Source: Sulfurimonadaceae bacterium (lineage in GTDB: Bacteria; Campylobacterota; Campylobacteria; Campylobacterales; Sulfurimonadaceae). Taken from it: a stretch of 42,004 bases of DNA. The DNA lies in NCBI GenBank assembly GCA_041562555.1, contig JBFEXS010000004.1, positions 1-42,004 of the forward strand. Direction: 5' to 3'. Shown here in pieces: positions 37,585-42,004 of this stretch. A program made the position numbers and the translations under genes. The stretch's first letter is position 1, and each line of letters opens with the position of its first letter. The notes beneath the pieces were generated by a model that was given only the letters and a program-made list of their open reading frames with translations, was not told the origin of the DNA and did not search any database.

Positions 37585-39280
37585 TTAATTGTCCTTTATA
37601 CGATTCTAAATCCAAATAAAGAAATTTCACTCTATCCGCTCCATCACTTGTCATATGTGAATCGATCCATTTAAGATCAGGATATTTACGTTCAAGGTGT
37701 GTTTTGAACATGGACTCCGCTTTATCACTGGAGATCCCTTCTTGGACCTGTAAATAACACTTTTCATCGTCTGCATGATACGACGGAGTCGTTTTCTTTC
37801 CATTGAGACGTCGATGTTTGAACTGGGTCAAACACGCTTTGTTCGCCACATCCACCTTGGAGATCTTGATTACATAGTTTTCATCTTCATCTCTTGAGAG
37901 TGGGAAACGGCTAAAGTTCAGCTTCTCATATTTCTTTTTGAACACAGCGCGGGCTGCTCTTTCTATATCAGATGATTTCAACGTCATTTTTTTACGTACT
38001 TTTACGACATAGACTGTCTTTTTGGTGTCATCAAGGTCTATCTCCTTAGGATCATACTCCGGATTGTTTGACTTGATATACTCAACGATCATATCTTCTA
38101 CATCAAACTCTTTCTCCTTTGCTTTTCCATCTTTGTCCTTACATAAGACCTCATCATTTTCTTTCGTCTGTGCAGAACACCCCATTTTTTTAGCCGCGAA
38201 CTCTTTTATTTTTTTGATCGAAGGTTTGATCTTTCCTTTTTTCCAGTAGAACTTCCCATCCTCGATATCTACATCATACTTCTTCTCATAAGCCTTTAGT
38301 GCATCTTTGTACTTCACCTTATACGCGAAGACCTTATCTTTAGGTCCCATTTTGGGAGCGCCGCCACGGTAGTTTTCAATGTACGTTGGAAGGTGTTTCT
38401 TGACCTCATCCTCATCCATCTCACTGGAGAGTTGAAAATGTGTCGTATACGCGAAGCGTGATCTATCATAATCCACATCAAGCTTTTTGAAAGAGTATTT
38501 ACCCTTAAAGTCTTTTTGGATCTCGGATTTTAGCAGTTTAATGATCTGCTCGGATTTATTCAGTACGATCTGTCTCGGCTGTCCTGCACCTATCAGGTCA
38601 AAACGCCATTTCTTGCTGTTAGCCTCGATACGATAAGGGACTTTACCCATATAAATATTTACCAGGGTTTTGTTTTTCCCTACCAGTGAAAGTGCATATA
38701 CATCGCTCTCACACTTCATATCACCAAGGGAAAATTTCTGCTTGGCATCTTTTGCGAATGCAACCTTTAATAAGACATTACTTTGAGGTTCAAAAAGGTA
38801 AAAGGTCTGTGTTAGAAGCGACTTGTCTATAAATAGTGTCTGTATCAGACTATCCATCGTATGAACAGCATATTTTTCCAAAGTATATGAAGGCAATCCT
38901 TCTTTATCGTCAAGGATGATAATACTGTTTTGCATGTCAACCGCAGAAAGCCCTGATTCTTCCACCATATCAGCACTTGCCTGTGCCAGGTCATATATAA
39001 AGCTGTTATCAAAACCGTCGACTTTAAGATCATCCAAAGTCGTCAGACCAAGCACCTTTTTCAATGTATAGTTCTTGTTGTCCGCATAAAACAGGATCTT
39101 GTCATTTTTGGAAATACCGTGGTATTTCACAGACGTTCCCTCTTCTCGCAGGTTCATATACAAAACGCCGCGGTTCTCATCGTTTATCGTAATAAGATAT
39201 TTCAAATCACTCTTATCATTCAAGCCTAATGCAAGCAGATTACTCCATACCAGGAGAACACACACTAAAAGAAATCTCAT
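37568..39280 (-). CDS. Large exported Lys-rich hypothetical protein (N-terminal beta-rich domain, possibly DUF3108/LolA-like)
   Basis: 570-aa ORF with signal peptide; starts immediately after the upstream stop (TAGATG). Confidence 0.8.
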   Translation of the reverse strand: MRFLLVCVLLVWSNLLALGLNDKSDLKYLITINDENRGVLYMNLREEGTSVKYHGISKNDKILFYADNKNYTLKKVLGLTTLDDLKVDGFDNSFIYDLAQASADMVEESGLSAVDMQNSIIILDDKEGLPSYTLEKYAVHTMDSLIQTLFIDKSLLTQTFYLFEPQSNVLLKVAFAKDAKQKFSLGDMKCESDVYALSLVGKNKTLVNIYMGKVPYRIEANSKKWRFDLIGAGQPRQIVLNKSEQIIKLLKSEIQKDFKGKYSFKKLDVDYDRSRFAYTTHFQLSSEMDEDEVKKHLPTYIENYRGGAPKMGPKDKVFAYKVKYKDALKAYEKKYDVDIEDGKFYWKKGKIKPSIKKIKEFAAKKMGCSAQTKENDEVLCKDKDGKAKEKEFDVEDMIVEYIKSNNPEYDPKEIDLDDTKKTVYVVKVRKKMTLKSSDIERAARAVFKKKYEKLNFSRFPLSRDEDENYVIKISKVDVANKACLTQFKHRRLNGKKTTPSYHADDEKCYLQVQEGISSDKAESMFKTHLERKYPDLKWIDSHMTSDGADRVKFLYLDLESYKGQLNECHE

Positions 39281-39928
39281 CTACCAATCCTTTGTAAAAG
39301 TTTTATACCCATATCGTTCATGGGAATCGACCGTAATGCCTTTATAAGACAACCCGCCAGCAAAGCTTTTCGTCTCCTGCTGGCCAGATTTTATATCAGA
39401 AGAATAGTTCACACTCTGTCCATTGATCTCTACAGAGAAGTTCTCCAACGTCAGCTGATTATCTATCTGGCCTCGATTCGTACGGGGAACATTCACAACC
39501 GTTGCACGGGTTTGAAAGTTCTCTTTTCGCTTGATGACAGGGATAATCGTACTGGAATTCTCAACAAACTGAATCACTACCAGAGGCTTTGGTGCCAAAT
39601 ACGCTTTGATCTTATTTCCCAGCGCTATACGATCAAAGTCATGTTCCTTTTGTGTCGCATAACGGGTACGCTTAGGTGCATAAGGACCAGGAACCAGTTT
39701 AATACAGTTGTAGCCAATGCTCAGTGTAGTTTCTTCTTCCTTATAGAGTGAATAACTTTGAGTAAGATTATCGTAAGCCTGAGCAAAGTTACGTTCGTCA
39801 TATAAGGTTTCCGCACTATCATACAAAGACAATGCCTCCATCTTCGTGGCATCGAAATCACTTTGAGGTTCACATTCCGCAGTTAGGATAGTAGCACTAA
39901 TCAACACAAGTGCAATATGTCGTATCAC
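39281..39928 (-). CDS. Exported hypothetical protein with TPR-like helix pair
   Basis: GTG start with AAGGGGG RBS, signal peptide, ALSLYDSAETLYDERNFAQAYDNLTQSYSL. Confidence 0.8.
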   Translation of the reverse strand: MIRHIALVLISATILTAECEPQSDFDATKMEALSLYDSAETLYDERNFAQAYDNLTQSYSLYKEEETTLSIGYNCIKLVPGPYAPKRTRYATQKEHDFDRIALGNKIKAYLAPKPLVVIQFVENSSTIIPVIKRKENFQTRATVVNVPRTNRGQIDNQLTLENFSVEINGQSVNYSSDIKSGQQETKSFAGGLSYKGITVDSHERYGYKTFTKDW

Positions 39929-39968
39929 AAGACCCCCCTTGATAAATCGTTACATATAATTATTGGAA

Positions 39969-39977
39969 AGTATACCA
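39969..39977 (-). promoter_or_regulatory. Extended -10 promoter (TG-G-TATACT) of the exported-protein operon
   Basis: About 40 nt upstream of GTG 39928, with AT-rich sequence upstream. Confidence 0.6.
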
Positions 39978-40142
39978 TATATGTTAAATAGCATTCTTTA
40001 ATATGTGCAAAACACAGTCCTAATTATTTAAAACAGTTAACACATCCTAACCTATGAACTTTTATATATAACTTCAACGAACACTCTTTCTTCTTTATTT
40101 TAGAAATACCTCAATAGTTTGCAGATGACTTTCCTTAAATGG

Positions 40143-40192
40143 GAAAAACAGTTCCAAAAAACATGTTTCACTGTCAAATCGGACTGTTTTTC
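40143..40192. repeat. 10-bp perfect inverted repeat GAAAAACAGT-N30-ACTGTTTTTC
   Basis: Read directly from the sequence. Confidence 0.7.
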
Positions 40193-40395
40193 ATCAATAC
40201 TGTTACCACTGACAACACCCTGTGCTTTCTCTTTGTCGTTTTACACTCCTTAAAACCATAAAACTGCTATTATCATTCTTTAAATTGCAAAAAAAGGGAA
40301 TACTTAAAGTTATATCTAGGAAAAAAGTTTGTTTTTAAATAAACCGTTTTTTTAAACTAGAAACCTATAATTGCAAAGATTTTAACAGGTGACTT

Positions 40396-40404
40396 TGATA
40401 CTAT
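40396..40404 (+). promoter_or_regulatory. Candidate extended -10 (TG-A-TACTAT) for the NuoL-like gene
   Basis: Preceded by periodic T-tracts; implies a ~110-nt leader. Confidence 0.45.
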
Positions 40405-40519
40405 TTCGCTGATATTCAATATATGCTCCGTCTGTACACACTTTACATCAAGGGTGTCTACCTACGTCAAAGAGCCTAAATAAATAGCGATAGTAATGCA
40501 AAGATTTACAGGAGTTTCA

Positions 40520-42004
40520 GTGGAAAAAATCATATTATCCATTCCGTTTATCCCCATTATCATAGTCTTCTTTCTGGTTTTTATCAAATCAAAAGAGTCT
40601 ATACCAAAAGTAAGCATCATGCTTTCAAGTATGATCGCACTGCTCGGATTGTACGGAACATATTATGTCATTAGTAATGACACTGCAATCATCGGTTTTG
40701 GTGGATTGCTCATCTATAACGAGTTGTCTGCCATACTTGTTCCTTACGTCGCGATCTTGGGTCTCGTTATCCGTAAATATGCTTCTAAATACATGTGGGA
40801 TGAAGCAGGATACAAACGTTTCTTTATTCTATTAAACTTTATCTTCACCTCCATCTATCTACTGGTAATGAGTAACAACCTCATTGTCCTTGCTCTGGCC
40901 TGGCAGCTTATGAGTATCTTCTTATATCTGCTGGTATCTTTCAATGTTGGCTCAAAGACAGCAGTTACCAACGCGCGATGGACAATGATCATCCACAAGA
41001 CGGCAGACCTTGTCTTTATCCTTGCGGTTATCCTTACCTATAAGACCTTCGGAAGTTTTGACCTTGCTGAACTCAGCCAAAAATGGCTGGAAATGTCCCA
41101 AAATCCTATTGACAATCCGATGGTTTTTGTAGTCGGATTGCTTTTCCTCGTCGCAGCGATGATGAAATCGGCTATCGTACCTTTCCATGTTTGGCTTCCC
41201 TATACTTCAGAAGCACCGACCCCCGTATCTGCCTTGATGCATGCCGGTGTTGTTAACGTAGGAGGTATTCTTCTCAACAAACTTGCCTACCTCCTCATTC
41301 TGGCGCCTGCCGTACTGAACATCGCCTTTGTCGTAGGTCTTATTACCGCAATTTTTGCATCTTTATTGATGCTCGTTGTATCCGATATCAAACGCTCATT
41401 GGGTTACTCGACTGTTGGACAGATGGGATATATGATCATGGAAGTCGGACTCGGGGCTTTCTCTTTGGCGATCTACCACCTTATGGTCCACGGTATTTTC
41501 AAGGCCTCTTTGTTTCTCGAGTCAGGAGGTCTCATCAAGTTTGCACGACACGATCCTAATATTCCAAAACGCCTTTCATACGAGCTTTTTTGGGAAGAGA
41601 AAACAAAATACAGCAGCCGACGCATGTTTAACATTATCGCGTTCTTTACCGTTCTTCCGATCATTATCTTCATCGGTGTCAAAATGGTACTCTCGGAAGA
41701 GTTCTTTCATTTCAATGCTGCGATCGTCATTTTGGCCTTTGGTTGGCTTACAGGGACACAGCTGTTCCTCTCTTTCTTTAAAGTCTCCAAATCAGAGTCC
41801 CTTAAAGTCATTTTGGCATTGATAAGCTCCTTTATTATCATCCTCTTTACCTATGAATTCATAGGTTTGGCAGTAGAACATTTCATCTATGGGGAAAATG
41901 CCTTACTCTTCTATGAAGCAGCGACACTCAATGTCACGATGGTGATGTCCATGATCATGATGGCAATTATCATGATCGTTGGTTGGCTCTTCATGTACAA
42001 ACAG
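40520..42004 (+). CDS. dabB: NuoL/ND5-like proton-translocating membrane subunit, probably DabB of a DAB inorganic-carbon pump; 3'-truncated
   Basis: AGGAG RBS then GTG 40520: MEKIILSIPF...; motifs KSAIVPFHVWLP..SEAPTPVSALMHAGVVNVGG, DIKRSLGYSTVGQMGYM, HLMVHGIFKASLFL. No stop seen before the window end, which explains its absence from the ORF track. Confidence 0.8.
   Translation, partial: MEKIILSIPFIPIIIVFFLVFIKSKESIPKVSIMLSSMIALLGLYGTYYVISNDTAIIGFGGLLIYNELSAILVPYVAILGLVIRKYASKYMWDEAGYKRFFILLNFIFTSIYLLVMSNNLIVLALAWQLMSIFLYLLVSFNVGSKTAVTNARWTMIIHKTADLVFILAVILTYKTFGSFDLAELSQKWLEMSQNPIDNPMVFVVGLLFLVAAMMKSAIVPFHVWLPYTSEAPTPVSALMHAGVVNVGGILLNKLAYLLILAPAVLNIAFVVGLITAIFASLLMLVVSDIKRSLGYSTVGQMGYMIMEVGLGAFSLAIYHLMVHGIFKASLFLESGGLIKFARHDPNIPKRLSYELFWEEKTKYSSRRMFNIIAFFTVLPIIIFIGVKMVLSEEFFHFNAAIVILAFGWLTGTQLFLSFFKVSKSESLKVILALISSFIIILFTYEFIGLAVEHFIYGENALLFYEAATLNVTMVMSMIMMAIIMIVGWLFMYKQ

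Noticed and set aside
28400..39928. Calling the cluster a type IX secretion system
   Set aside because: Only PorV-like and FGE-domain resemblances are present. Nothing like SprA, GldL/GldM or PorU is seen, and the FGE-domain protein has no lipobox.
28293..40519. Cluster as a prophage or mobile island
   Set aside because: No integrase, transposase, tRNA, phage gene or flanking direct repeat was seen.
94..41822. Many short alternative-frame and antisense ORFs in the track (e.g. 1016..1438, 10984..11490, 24995..25687, 18389..18577, 40952..41188)
   Set aside because: They lie inside or opposite better-supported genes and lack an RBS or recognisable motifs.
1..42004. CRISPR arrays, tRNA and rRNA genes
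   Set aside because: No regularly spaced repeats or tRNA/rRNA signatures were seen, and the intergenic gaps are short or AT-rich.

Overview
This is a bacterial chromosomal window. Gene content and promoter style (TATAAT -10 boxes with AT/T-tract upstream regions, DUF234, J-domain protein, Tat-exported SOR-like protein) suggest Campylobacterota of the Sulfurovum/Sulfurimonas type; that assignment is inference. Bases 1-28,300 are mostly housekeeping and signalling: a hybrid histidine kinase (5'-truncated), two diguanylate cyclases, a two-subunit 2-oxoacid:ferredoxin oxidoreductase, a NUDIX hydrolase, three thioredoxin-fold proteins, a superoxide-reductase-like protein, Cof, ABC-F, two cation:proton antiporters, PilT/PilU, CvfB, GlpD/GDPD, an EndA-like protein, a sigma-54-preceded J-domain protein and aguB. 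The standout is a ~11.5 kb minus-strand cluster of 12 genes (28400-39928) encoding almost only exported or membrane proteins. It contains a divergent LolCDE-like ABC transporter, three possible CsgG/TolB-N-like proteins, a lipoprotein, LPP20-like domains, an FGE-sulfatase-domain protein and a PorV/FadL-like beta-barrel, and is a candidate uncharacterised envelope-spanning export or assembly system. The window ends in a 3'-truncated NuoL-like gene, probably dabB, that is missing from the ORF track. Three small ORFs below the track's apparent length cutoff, several degenerate 'pseudo-enzymes' and several regulatory elements were also found. No rRNA, tRNA, CRISPR array or mobile element was seen. 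All family calls come from motif recognition by eye, not database searches.
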